From Podarcis bocagei (lineage: Eukaryota), in NCBI GenBank assembly GCA_964188305.1, contig OZ076896.1: 64,000 nt of DNA, one strand, 5' to 3'. Of this stretch, positions 39,100-52,441 are shown piece by piece. Under the pieces are notes generated by a model, which had not been told where the DNA came from, searched no databases, and was given only the letters and a program-made list of their open reading frames with translations. How positions within the stretch are numbered: the stretch's first letter is position 1; each line of letters begins with the position of its first letter. A program made the translations under genes and the position numbers.

Positions 39100-39740
39100 G
39101 AATCGCCATAGGAAAGGCGTTCCACAACTGAGTTGCTACCATTAAGGAAGCGGTGCCATATTTAGCAGCCCCATGAAGAATCTCCCATACTGATCTCAAA
39201 ACGTGGGCTGGCTGATCTCAGAATGCAGGCTGGTATATGGAGAAGCTCCTTTAAATACTTGGATCCTGAACAGTTCAGAATTTTGCTTGTTAATACTAAC
39301 ACCTTGAGTTAAGCCTAGTAGCTCACCAGAGGCCACTTCAGTGCTCTCAGGGTCCAACCTTGCTTCCCCAGATAACAGCTGAGTTGCAGCATGCTGCATC
39401 AGACAACCTTCAAGAGAAGCCCCATGTAGAGTGCATCACAGTTGGCAGATCCAGGAGGTTATGGGAGCCTGGCTCACTGTAGCTAGTTATTATCCCTGTC
39501 CCGAAATAGCCATAGCTGGCTATAGTCACTCCTCGCAGCTGAGACCACTTGCCACTGAGTTCTTATCACTGAGACCTTGAGTGACAACTTTGAATCTAGG
39601 AGGACTCCATGACTCCATAACCTTTTCAGGGAGAATGCCACCCCATCCAAAAAAGGCTGTCTACCTAATTCTCAGACCTGGGAACCACCCATCCCTTACT
39701 GGGATTCAACTTCAGCTTGTTGCTCCCACATCATTGTCTC
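39100..39740 (-). mobile_element. Old degenerate L2-clade fragment
   Basis: Minus-strand remnants MQHAATQLL.G.. and agccccatgtagagtgcat, homologous to the L2 RT C-terminus. Confidence 0.6.
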
Positions 39741-41243
39741 CTTACACTCATCCAGCTCTTACACATTATCTCTTGGTTCAGCATAGGGAGAATGGGAGGG
39801 AGTAGGAAACCTGTGGTCCTCCAAATGTTGTTGGACTCCAGCTACCTTCATTTCCATCCAGTATGGCCAGTAGCTAAGGATGATGGGAGTTGTAGTCCAG
39901 TAACATCTGGAGGACCACAGCTTCCCCATCTCTGCTTTTACAGGATGGGTGGTAAATCAAGCAGCATCTGGCTGAAACAGCCTCTGTACCTGTTCTCTCT
40001 TCCCCCATCCCAAATATTATGAACCATTAGGCTTTTAGCTTGCTGTGGACAGGGATGGTCTTTCTGTGACTGAACCATTAGCACCTTTGTAACTTGTGGT
40101 CTTCTGTACAGAGAGCATAAAACTTGAGCTAAAATGGCACACTTTCTCTTGGAACAATAAAAATCTTTGAATCACACATTCCTCAGCATGATTTTCTCCT
40201 TGGTTTTGGGAAATGACGGCCATTGCTGGTTGCCAGAACACTATGTAGCTTGCACCACTGTGATATTTAAAAGCTCACAGCAAAATTGAGGATATTTATT
40301 TATGTATTTTAAAATGTCCTGCTTTTCTATATCTTCTTTTGGGGGTGGGGAGGGAGGGGAAAACATCAAAGGCAGCTAATATCACAATTCTTTTTTGGGG
40401 GGGGAAAGTCTAATATTAAAACAGCTAAACAAAACATTAAAAAAACCTTTTTAAAGAATGAATACAACTCACAAGCCTGCTGGAACTAATACTTTTTCAG
40501 TTATCCTTAATGCATTTAGGTGCAAAGGATGGGACCAGAAAATCTCCAGGACAGAGATGTTCCAAAGCCTGGGCACTATGACAGTATGTCTTCCATGTTC
40601 CCACCAGCCAGTTGGCATGGTTAGGGCAGAAGAGAGGGAAACTCAACAGTTGGTGGATCCAGAGTGAATGACAGGAAGAATGGTTGTAAGAATGCAGGCA
40701 GGTAAAGGGCTGGCAGAGGGCAGACTGAGATTGGTGGGGCAGTCTCCCATTCGCTCCAAAAGACCAGCCTCCACTGCCACCAGCCATACCTCTATCGCCA
40801 TGAGGCATGAAGCCAATATTTTTCTGACAATTTAAGTGAATGGGTAGATTCACATGGGAAGATACTGCCCAGAAAGTATCATACTCCCTCACAACCCCCA
40901 TATCTGAGGAATATAGTGTTATGAGTTTGTGGGGGGGACAGGGATCCCCCAGATCCCTGGGTGCCAGGTTTCCCCCTCTGAATTCTTGGTTGCTGCGATT
41001 TAATCAGAGCTGACAGGCTGAGCTTGTTTTTCTGCCAAACAGAGGGACAGGGGAGATGATGGCCCTGCTATTAAGCCATCTACAAGGCAAAATACCCTAC
41101 AGGAGGTTGCCAGGGCAACCTGGGCATGGTGTCACACAGGAATTTTTCACCTTTTAAAGGGGTTGAAGGGAGGAGTTGCTTGGCAAGGGGTTTTCTGGGA
41201 AGGAGTAGCAAGCAATTGCGGTGGTGCACAACCTTTGTAACCA

Positions 41244-41412
41244 CAGGAAGCTGCCTTATACAGAGTCAGACCACTGGTTTATCTAGCTCAGCATTGTCCT
41301 GCACTGACAAGCAGTGGCAGTCTGGATTTTGGGGCTTGTGTCTTTCTCAGCTCTACTTGGGAGATGCTGTGAATTGAATTTGGGACCTTCTGCATACAGA
41401 GCTTGTGCTAAA
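41244..41412 (-). mobile_element. tRNA-Ala-like-headed SINE
   Basis: aggaagctgccttatacagagtcagacc..gggaccttctgcat is the reverse complement of the 19585 family. Confidence 0.75.
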
Positions 41413-42774
41413 CCATTTAGGACTTTAAAGGTAATAATCAGCACTTTGAGTTGAGCCTGAAGACAGTGAAGCTGGTGATGTTTTTAAAATGTTGCTATAA
41501 AAAAAGGTTGAAACTTACAACTTACGTTGCTCTAACTGAAATTTCCCAACATTTTTCAAAGGCAGCCCCAGGAACTCAATCTCTAATAGGCCAACCATGA
41601 TGTAACCAAGGCATGTGTGACCTCAGCCAGGTCCATCTTCTCCAGGAACTAACTGTTGTTGCTGGCTTGCCACCTTAAACTGTGTGAAAGCACTGCTGCG
41701 CCACAGTTGCATTTGGGGGGGGGACAAACCTAGAAATGGATAATTTCAGCCCTATTGTTCCCTTGAGAGAGCATACCTGTGTAAAGTTGTCATTTGTGCA
41801 AATAAGCCATGGTTTCTCTCCTTTTCGATAGTGCTGAAAGAAATAGGCTGAAGCTTGTTGAAGATATGTGAATGGAGAATAAAAGCTTAGCAGACTGAAA
41901 TGCCATTAAACACCAACATCTGCCTTGCTTGAGATAGACAAGTTCATGCATATCAAACTACAGCAAAAACTTAGAAACATGGATGAAAACAAAACAAAAG
42001 CACTTCTGACTATGAAATGGGAGCCTCAGACACGCATTTACTGGGTCACAGAGGAACTAAAGTGAAAGCTGGCTCTGACTATCCCATTGGAGAGTGTGCA
42101 TTTTTTCCTTGAGAAATAGACATTGGAGAATAGGTGTGGTCTGCATTTGTCTCTTACATCTTGGATTAATTGTAGCTTGGATAAACTGGCAATTCGCATT
42201 CCCCATCAAATTTAGGGCAAACATCCAGTTAAGTTTAGACTAAACTAAAATAAGTAAATGGCTTTAGAATTAAAATACCAAGGAGCTACAGGCTTGTTTT
42301 GCTGTTGTGTCATGAGTTTGGATTCCTTTGATTACCATGAATGGGTCTATCATTAGTTTTTCCTAAAGTTTTGCCTGATTAGAGGTCAGGGTTGGGTTAT
42401 AGTTTTGTGATATCCTGGGGTGTGACTCCAGCTTTCAGAAGGCAATAATCTTTAACTTACTTGGGAAGCCGAAAGGAAGTCTTTTTGCTCAGTGACAGAG
42501 CACATGTTTTGCTCATAAAAGGTTGCAGACTGTTCTTTATTTATTTCGTAAGATTTATATACCTCTTGGTTGTAGAGCCAAACCTCAAAGCAGACTATTC
42601 TTTTGTCCCAACAGATGTCAAGATTGCAGAGTGAGAGGTTATTGATTTGTTTCTGATTTCTGATTATGTATTTTGTGTTCTCGTTTTGTATTTTATGTTG
42701 TGAACCACACTGTGATCTTCAGATAAGGGGTGGTGTACAAATTTAATAAATAAAATAAGATTTAAAAATATGTC

Positions 42775-43020
42775 TGTTAAGTTGTGGGTAGACATAGCAG
42801 ACGACACAGCGATTTCTCCAAAGCAGCTCTTTATTTGTAAGCTGGAACAGAACTGAACTGAAGGGCTCAGTCAGCCTGCTTATATAGAGCTCCAGTACCT
42901 TGTTACTGTAACAACTTTCTAAAACTATCCAATCACTGAACGTCACTTTCGATCCTTCATTTGCATAACTATCTACAGTATCCCCCTGCTGGCCCAGGGT
43001 GAGAACTTCAGTACATAACA
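42775..43020 (-). mobile_element. Solo LTR (246 bp)
   Basis: TGTTA...TAACA inverted ends and 5-bp TSD ATGTC. On the minus strand TATATAA is followed ~50 bp later by AATAAA. Confidence 0.88.
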
Positions 43021-44485
43021 ATGTCAGTTCCTCCAGCTCCAATAAATAGGAGTCAAAGTTGGGTACCTTGTAGCCTGGCTGATCATGAGGTGGAACGTGG
43101 CAGCAGTATACCACAGTCAGAGGCAGTACAGTATAGCAGTTGCTGGAGGGGAGGGGGAGCGCTGTTATGCTTGGGTCCTGCTTATAGATTTCCCACAGGC
43201 ATCTGGGTGGGCCTCTATGAGAACAGGGTCCTGGACTAGATAGGCTTGATCCAGAAGGCCCTTCTTATGTTTAAGGGGAAGAATCCTGTCTGGAACCCTG
43301 GACAGCTGCAGCCAGTCAGTATAAACAACATGAGCGGGATATACTGGCCAGTTTCACAGAACTTTGGCTTGCTGAGACTAAGCAAACATTCTAGGCCTTG
43401 GAGAGGATCTTGCACAGGCTTTGCACCTCTGTGATTATTTCACCTTAGCACCTATGCCAAGGATTGGATTATCATGTTGTCTGGACTGAGGTTCACGGTT
43501 AAGGTCTTCTTAACTATGATCTGGAGCCAAATGATCTGGAGACTATGATTCAGGAGGAGAGACCTGCTAAAAGGACTGAGGAGGGGCAAAGCAACTGTGA
43601 GCTTCTCTTGGGAAGCCAGAAAGTTTTTCAGGTCTTAGTTGGCTTACCGTGGCATGCAAACCTGGCCACTTGTCTAAAGCAGCTCCTGATGTTCCAACTT
43701 TCAATTTGGACTTACTAAGGCAGAAAGTAAACAGTTGAAACAGGAGTTAGCTGAAACTTGGAGCAAACAAGCAACAGCTGCCACTGTGACTGTCAGGGAT
43801 TTTGATTCGCAATCAGAGGTTGTGCTAACTGCTGTAAGAATGTCTTTTGTTTCCACCGGACTATGCTTCTGTATTTGTAAATAGGTCACATAGTGCAAAC
43901 GTGAGTCTTCAGTGTGCACTACCATCCAAAGAAAACTCAGTCCTGCAGCACTACCTTTTTAGAACAGCCTTTGCCAACATACTTGGATGGGGCTGATGGA
44001 CTGGATGGGGCTGATGGAAATTGTAGCCCAAAACATCTGGACACGAGCTTGGGGAAGGCTGCCCTGGAAATGAGGAGCATATAACAATAGGCTTTCAAAA
44101 AATAAATGCTACTTTGTCCAATGTGACATGTGCTTGTACGTGGTCCTGGTTTGTACCTAATACTAAGCCAAGCACACTGCTTCCCAGAGAGAAGACTACA
44201 ACTGTAGCACTGCTCTCCCAGTTCTTCTGTTTCTACGTTATGCAGACCAAGTCATGGCTTGGCTTAGTATTCCAGGAGAGGAGTACTGTAGCCACGATCT
44301 TCACTCTGGAAACTAGGCTACGGTCGAGCTTAGTGTTATGTGCAAACCAGGCCATTGTCTGAGAGCCCCTGAAATAAGTAGATGGGTATCACTTTCTATG
44401 TGTGGTCATCATAGTTCTCTCCTTGACTCTTAAAGGAGAGTCTGCATTTCAGAACGTGTCCTCTCTGCGGAATATGGCCTTCTGG

Positions 44486-44713
44486 CTCACTGAAAGAAGT
44501 GAGGTTACAGGGAACCAGGCAGAGGGCCTTCTCAGTGGTGGCGCCCACCCTGTGGAACACCCTCTCATCAGATGTCAAGGAAATAAACAACTGTCTGACT
44601 TTTAGAAGACATCTGTTTAGGGAAGTTTTTAATGTTTGATGTTTTATTGGATTTTTAATACTTTGTCGGAAGCCACCCAGAGTGGCTGGGGAAACCCAGC
44701 CAGATAGGTGGGA

Positions 44714-44747
<34 letters not shown>
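44486..44747 (+). mobile_element. L2-clade 3' fragment with (ATT)n tail
   Basis: Reverse complement of 13765-14010, ending in attattatt. Confidence 0.88.
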
Positions 44748-44749
<2 letters not shown>

Positions 44750-44782
44750 ACTTCATTCTTTCAAAAAACTTGATATTTCAGC

Positions 44783-45245
44783 CAGGGTTCAAAATTAGCA
44801 GGCTGCCAGACGCATTTTGTGCCTAAAGATTCTCTATTTGCAAACACCTTAAAAAGTCTGGGTACCATTTTTTTGCACCTGGATAACACTCAAGGATTAC
44901 TGAAATGTATGTGCTTTGAAGCCTCAAAGTATATGTTAAGGATACACAATATGTTAAGGAGTTTAACAATAAAGAGTAGAGTGCTTTGAAAACTGAAGTA
45001 TGGTACCAATGTTTTTTATTGTAAACACCAAATTAAACATGCATTAACAATTTCAGCTAAAAATGTGATATTAACAATATATCACTTATGTGAATTGTGT
45101 ATTAGTTCATGCTTATCAAAATAATAAATAGAAAGTGTTAGCGACCCCTCCCCCCAAATGGTGACTAGGAATTCTGTTTTGGCGTCCACAACCCAGGTCC
45201 CAGAAGCCACCCGGCTCCTAGTTTTTCTATCCTAGTTTCTAACTG
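44783..45245. mobile_element. hAT-like non-autonomous element
   Basis: CAGGG...CTG ends and 8-bp TSD ATTTCAGC/ATTTCAGT (7/8). Confidence 0.65.
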
Positions 45246-45441
45246 ATTTCAGTGAAGTTCGTTATTGTGTTACATGGAAAGGAGAAAAGATTTGTGAAGT
45301 TGTGTATTAAATGTTGTTTGTAATCTGCAGTGTGGTGAAAATTTGATTGCTCTTTAAAATTATTTTAACTTGTGAGGCTTTATTGCTGTGGGACTAGGGA
45401 GAGCATGCCAGTGGCCATATTTGGGTGTCCCTCTTCAAGAA

Positions 45442-45795
45442 GAGGATGTGGGTGGCGCTGTGGGTTAAACCACAGAGCCTAGGACTTGCCAATCAGAAGG
45501 CTGGCGGTTCGAATCCCCGCGATGGGGTGAGCTCCCGTTGCTCGGTCCATGCTCCTGCCAACCTAGCAGTTCAAAAGCACAGCAAAGTGCAAGTGGATAA
45601 ATAGGTACCGCTCCGGCGGGAAGGTAAACGGCGTTTCCGTGTGCTGCTCTGGTTCGCCAGAAGCGGCTTAGTCATGCTGGCCACATGACCCGGAAGCTGT
45701 ACGCCGGCTCCCTCAGCCAATAAAGCAAGATGAGCGCCACAACCCCAGAGTTGGTCACGACTGGACCTAATGGTCAGGGGTCCCTTTACCTTTAC
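45442..45795 (+). mobile_element. Sauria-type SINE, full length
   Basis: Head ..GGGTGGCGCTG, B-box GGTTCGAATCC, (ACCTTT)n tail and TSD CTTCAAGAA. Confidence 0.92.
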
Positions 45796-46015
45796 CTTCA
45801 AGAAAGGCCTGCGGCCACAAAAATCTCCGTAGCTCTTGCCTTACTGATGTGAAAGGGGAGCTCTAGTTCCAGCAGAGGTAAAGAGCAGCATGCTCTCAGG
45901 GATAGATCAGGGGAAGCAGCCTGGAAAGGATGGGGAAAAAAATAGGAAGATGTTCGGAAAATGCCTGGCAGAACATTAGAAGAGGCATCTCATCATCTTT
46001 CTGTTCTCCTATGCC

Positions 46016-46477
46016 CAGGGACGCGGACTTAGAAAAAATATTGGGGGGGCCCGGGAAAGCTCATGAATAATAAATAAGCTCATGAATATGCAAATAAAGT
46101 GGCTCCGGCCCTAAATAGGGCAAGCCACGCCCCCCCAGCCAGCCGATTGGCTGGCTGGGAGGTGTGGCCAGTCGGGATTCCCCTGTTCTCACGGGATTTC
46201 CGGCAGTGCCTTGGCAGTGGCGGTGGTGCTGCGAAGCAGCGAGGCAGGAGCCCCCGCCCCCGGGGATTCCCTAATCTCGCGGGGGACGGCTGGGGCTCTC
46301 CGATTAGGGCGCGTGGCTGGCTGGCTGGCGAAGGAGCAGGTGGGGAGGAGGCGGGGGACGGCGGCGGCGCTCTGCTGGAAGGGCGCCCGCCCGAGATTAT
46401 TGGGGGGGCTGAGCCCCCCCAAAAATTTTTTTGAGGGGGCTCGAGCCCCCTCAAGCCCCATGGAGTCGGCGCCTATG
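46016..46477. mobile_element. GC-rich hAT-type MITE
   Basis: Imperfect TIRs CAGGGACGCGGACT / AGTCGGCGCCTATG and perfect 8-bp TSD CCTATGCC. Confidence 0.85.
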
Positions 46478-48885
46478 CCTATGCCCAACATGGTATAAGA
46501 CAGCTTTGCGAAAAGATTAAAAATAATAATAATTGGGAGAAGAGCCCCCTCCTAGAGTATTATAGGTCAAAATAAGGGTGTACAATGTTGATTTTTTAAA
46601 GTGATTCTTCAGACTAGTAGTTTTGGACTTGGGGATTGGAGCAATAGTAAAGTGATCATGGTTAACTCGCTAACCACAGCCTACAAGTGCAGATGTTAAT
46701 ATTTCTTCATTGCTTCTCTATTTAAACTTGATTTAAAGTAAATGTAAAATACTTTGGTGATTCTTCAGTTCTTAGTATTTAATCCGAGAATAAAGTACTT
46801 TCTTTCTTCTCAGTGAGAACCTAAAAAGCATGATCTAAAGAGAGCTGTTACAGAATAAGGAAGCAACCCATTTTGATTGTCTGTTACATCCTGCTCATGA
46901 AAGTCTTTTAGTAAGAGATGGTGGATTTGGCTGCATGACAAAGAAGAAATAGGCAATTGTGCTGCTTCAAAAGTGTACAGTCATTTTTAACCTTTTGGAG
47001 TAAGGTAAATATTTGAACAACGCAAGTGATTTGCTAAAACTCTGAATAACATTTCTGGCTTGAAGTAATTGTGTTGATAGCTCACAGAACACGTTTTTAA
47101 CAGGCAGAGGGGTTAAATATGCTAGGTGAAGGCTCATTTGATTAGGTTTGGCAAATATCCTGTGTCTGCAGAGTATTGGATATGCACATGAATATCTGGT
47201 TTTGGCTTCTCCATAGGCTATTTAGAACAGTTGTAAAGGGGGATTCAGGTCCAGGGCTCCCCTTTCAATAGCACACTTTAGGGTACAGGTGGGGCACTTT
47301 CTGCATGAATTATTTTCTGAATGAAAATTCCCTAGTGAACTAATGTGGAGAGCACAAACAGTCCAATCTGTGTGAACAGATTATGCTACATTCTGCTCTC
47401 CTTATGGAAGACTTGTCGCTCCTCTTTGCAACCCCCCCCCCCAAATCTTTGTAGCTGGGGTACCTTCAGCAGGTTCTGAACCTTCCCTCTCTAAAGCTGC
47501 AACTGTCTGCTTATATAGTTTCAGTAAACTTTCTAACTGTCTAGGAGAATAATGGTGGCAGCAATTTCTCCAACATGCCTCCATATGCTTCCTTACAGAG
47601 TTCAGCATCCTGTTTTGGAAGAGCTGGTCTGAACTTTACCTTGGAGTTTGGCAGCAGTCCAGTTCCTCTCTTGGTGAAAGTTCTCTTAATGTATCTAGAT
47701 GTTTAGTTGCTAGTTGTTAATAAATAATTCCAAATATTGCATATAAAGGCACTGGTGGGGTTTTTTAATACACATATTCTAGGGGTGATGATTTAATCAT
47801 TTTTATTTTGTTTTCTAAAACTAAACACATTCTGTGGATATTTTTGCTTGTATATATTTCCCCCCACAATGAATGTTCATAAACAAAGCATCTGCTAAAA
47901 CAGACAATTGGACTTGCCTGAAATGGTGAAATTGTGTCCCAGGCAGAACTCTATTTGCAAAGTACAATTGAAGAAAGCAGTATTTAAGTTAAAAAAAATC
48001 CATACCCTGCCTTTCTTTCATACTAGAGACCTGCCCTCCACCACAACAGCTAATATTTAGTTAATTAAGAACATGTCAATAAATTAAAGAACAAATGCAG
48101 AACAGCAGATGAAACAGCAGGAGGCAGAGCCTAGCAAGGAAAGAGTATTCCAGGCAGAAATGTCAATGTTTTCCAGTTTGCATTTGAATACCAGGTAAGA
48201 GGGGATTTAACAACCTCTGTGGCACCACCACAGATAAGAACCTATTTCTTATATGCCCACATGCTACTACGTATGGTGCTGGAACATAGAACATGCCCTC
48301 CATTGAGGACCTGAGTGACCAGGTTCAATCATGTGAGAGGTGACAATTTTTAAGATAATCTGGCTCCAATTTTAGTTAGTTTGGTTACTAAACTAAAGCC
48401 TAAGGCTGCAATCCTAACCCCACTTATCTGAGAGTTGGCTCCATTGAATTAAATAGTACGTACTTGTGAGCAGACATGGTTCTGACTGCACTGTAAATTG
48501 GATAGTGTGAACTATATGACAGGGGATCATAATATTCACATTATGAGAACTATGTGGTTGCGCTTCAATGGTATTCAGGGCTAGGTTTCCCCATTTTTGC
48601 TCGAAGTCGCGAAACCACAGATACTATTTGGCATCCCTGACTAATTGCAGCCTTGGAGAAGGGGGTGGGGTTTTCTTAGCAGTTGTGCAGTGAGCCCCTG
48701 CTCCTGGGGACTAATATTGGAAGAAAGAGTGTAAAAGTGATCTCTGATTATTAAGACTGAGCTGAAAGGGAGTATGTTGGTTATCATGAATACAATTTGC
48801 ATATGTGGAATAGCATTAAAGTGTGTGCCAATTCAAAATACATTGCCCTCACTCTGATTAGGCTTCATTTGCCCTAAGTATAGCC

Positions 48886-49020
48886 CAGGCATAGGCAAAC
48901 TCGGTCTGCCAGATGTTTTGGGACTACAACTCCCATCATCCCTGACCACTGGTCCTGTTAGCTAGGGATCATGGGAGTTGTAGTCCCAAAACATCTGGAG
49001 GACGAGTTTGCGTATGCCTG
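48886..49020. mobile_element. Palindromic hairpin MITE (hAT-derived), intact copy
   Basis: CAGGCATA.GCAAAC / GTTTGC.TATGCCTG ends, internal ccagatgttttgggactacaactcccat / atgggagttgtagtcccaaaacatctgg, 8-bp TSD GTATAGCC. Decayed relatives at ~2020, 16524, 34078, 39800, 43965, 62448 and 62645. Confidence 0.9.
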
Positions 49021-49789
49021 GTATAGCCGGATCAAGCTAAATTGCTGTCTGGAAAATCCTATATCTGGCTTGAAATCACTCTACAAAACAATGGCAGCAG
49101 ACAGGGTTTTTTTGGGGGGGTGGAATAATGTTTCCCCTGCAACCACTTCTTCCTAACAGAAAATTGAAATGGGCAAACATTTCCTAATTTTTATCTCACT
49201 ATTTCCCCCCTCCTGTCTGCTCCCTGCAGTAAATTAGGCTGTAATTGACAGTTTATACTGCAATTTATGCCAATTGTAATTGCTCTTGGGGATTAATTTT
49301 GGCTTCCTGGTTCCAGAGCGCCACCTTCTACTTTGAGGCTTTAGACAGCTCTAGAGATAATTGGTTCATCTTGGATTCTCATGTGGCTAACTGCTAAATC
49401 TCTTCCAAAGCCGATTTCTTGTTTTGGGGTTTAGTTAGATATCGGTGGTTTCAGATTTCCTGCTTCATGACTGTTGCATTTCCTTTGGCACTCAGACTAA
49501 CTTTCTTGTTTTGCATTGGTGTGGTCACTGGAGAATTTGAATGAGCCAGAGAATTTGGGGCTGACGTTTTTAAAAGGACTTCTCTTACTTCCCCTTTAGG
49601 ATCTGAAGCACAAACAGAGTATTGTGGGTGAAGTGACCCTGAGTAGCTTGCAAGCTTCAGTTAAATGCTTAATCACATTAGCTTTCCTTCTGAAAAGGTG
49701 TGTACAGCCTTGATGGATGCAGAGTTTAGTTTGGGACAAGGGTGTGAAATGTGGTCTTATACCTCCCATTTCATGATCTAGATAATTAT

Positions 49790-49962
49790 AACAGAGAGTC
49801 ATGCAGTACTTTAAAGACTAACAAATTTATTATGGCATAAGGCCCCATGTAGTACAGTATTCCATGAAAGGTTACGCCATAATCAATTTATTAATCTTTA
49901 GGTTACCACAGGATTTTTAGTCGGTTGCAGCAAAACCAACAAATGTGGCTGAGACTCTGGAA
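49790..49962. mobile_element. Penelope-like element inverted-repeat relic
   Basis: Inverted arms taaagactaacaaatttattatggcataa / ttacgccataatcaatttattaatcttta followed by a ..gcagcaaaac..gtggct..ctctggaa end, the pattern of reptile Penelope-like termini (recognition from memory). Confidence 0.6.
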
Positions 49963-52441
49963 AAATAAATTTATATTCTAACATGTTGAAAAAATGTCTC
50001 AAGAATATGAAAATCTCATATATCAGTTATCATGGCTACAAATATGTCTCATGTTCTCTAAAGTAAAGGTGTCTGTGCAAACATTTTGCTGGGAATAATG
50101 GCTTACTTGCTTGTTTTCAAGTAGGAACTGGGGCTCCCAACTTCATCTAAATGAATTTATTTATTATACATATTTAAGGTAGATTGTGGTCTCTGTGTAC
50201 ATGAAGATAATGCTTATTAGGAATTTGAGGACTCCAAAGTCTATCAAGCAGCCACTTGGAAACAGGTCATGTGAAGTACAGGAAAACAACACTTGTCATC
50301 TGAACCTACTTTTGTAATGGGATTAGCTGCAAAGCTATTACAGACAAATAGAGATAAGGGATCTGTTTAGCATTCTGCAGATATTATGCATATGCTCATG
50401 TTGCAGATACAGTAGTTGTAGAAATGTTGGGGTTTGTGGCTTGACTTAGAGGCAAAATATAGAACCAGGCATCTGACGAGTGTATTTCTATCACTTGGTA
50501 ATAAATGTGCAGTGCATCCATTTTAAACAAATGAGCCATAGTGCCAGCTGAAAAAATTCTGACAATGCTGACTATTAGAGCAATCTATTCACATGATAGT
50601 AGATGCTTTCTGAATACAACTGATGCACACCTTCACTTTAATAACTGCATTTAGCTCTTGTCGAGAGTGCTGCAACCAATTGAACTTAATAAAAACTAGT
50701 GAAGAAATTTGCACAACCCCTTAACAAGGTTGTGTGAGACACTCCCATCTTTAACATGGGATGGGTTCAAGCATTGGGGACAGACTTTCAGGGAACCACA
50801 ATTTTACAGTGGTTTGCTAGACTTGTCATTTTTGAATTTTGCATCTGTTTATCATTACTTCTTTACTATTACTGAAGAGGGCTAAGTAGCTTGATGCCAG
50901 CTAAGGTGTTAGTCTAGAATGTGGTGGTGGAGTGACAGGCACTAGTTTCCCCTACTAAAATTGAAAAAGTAGTGTTCAGCTTGTCCTTGTTTGCGTGTGT
51001 GCACATAAAGAATTGCATCCCATTTTATTTGGCCTAGATGTGTGTTTGGCTTTTGATAGGGACTAAAAGCATTTAATATACTTGAGCCATGCAATAGATG
51101 TGAAACAGAAGTGCTGGACAGTTTTGCATCACCTGCAGTCCACCCTACAGCAGTGTGAACCTTATAGGTAAAACTGATGTTTCTAAAGCAACCATTTGTT
51201 CTGATAGAGGAACCCATCTCTTTTTTTTGCAGGCAAGCAGTGAAAACAATTCTATCTTCCAAAATGGTCTGACTCCCCCCCCCCCCCAGTCCTTCCTAAT
51301 ACTCTAGTTTGTGGCACAAGGCTAAAAGTTGAATTAAGAGATGCTGAAATGTCAGAATAATTAAAAGATACAGTGTTTAGAGTGTTTATTGGAAGGGTGG
51401 TCAACCAGCATCCTCCATTATAAGTTCTGCCAAATTATGGGTATGATGTCATAAATGAAGAACTGTTTTGCTGATATTTATAGTAGATAGAATTCTAAGA
51501 GCTGGTGACAGTCATGTTTGAATGGCTATGATTAAGTTTGCAGCACACAAAGTCCTGCTCCATCTGCCTTCTTTACAGCTGTGTATAAAAAAAGTAAAAC
51601 TGTTCCGCAGAAAGAAAATTTCATTTTCACAGGTGTCGGGACATATTTAATCCCTCCCTGTTCCTCTTCTGCAAGATAAATTGTCATGTCTATTGTGTGT
51701 GTATTTTTCCATATTAATGAAATGTTATGACTTAAACACTCTGGAATATATCCATTCATTAAGCATAAACATTGTGGGCTGAACTGGCAAAGAGTAACCA
51801 TTGCAATAGCTTTTGTGCTAGCATAATAGACTTTTATATTTGTAGGTGTTGATACATCTCATCCAGCGCTGTTTCTGGCGGAAATTGTCTAAGATGATTA
51901 ATTGTTTTGTAGCTTCCTGAGGAGTTTTCTAGAGAGTATGTGACTCCATGAAACAATTTTCATGTACTATGCAGTGTCCAGGAGTAAGTTTAAATTTTTC
52001 CCTGCACCACCATATTGTGCTTTGCATAGAACTTTATTGGAGGAGTTCAGAAGAACTTGAAAGTTTGCCAAATGTTGCAACCTTTTGGATGGTTCCTTAT
52101 TGACCAGCTGTGGAATTTGGAGTTTTTTCTTATAGACCTACATGACTACGCTAGTGGGAGTTTTTTTAATAGAATAAGTATACTTGGTATTCATGAGATG
52201 CTGATATGATAAACATTTATTTCCCCCTTGTAAGGAACGAACTGTAACTAAAAAGATGCTGCTTACAAAGGATTAAAATAAAATAAATAAAACTCACCCT
52301 CAGTTAGTTGCATCTTGGCTAAACATTGGGGTTACGATACTTGTGGTTTAGTGTTGTGCTGAGTTGCATCATGAATATAACATATTTACCATATTAAAGC
52401 TACTGGTTAAAACTGGAATGTTTTACATTGCACATTTGCAG

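Noticed and set aside
40917-41243. Possible third solo LTR (tgttatg...taacca)
   Set aside because: No target-site duplication and ambiguous ends.
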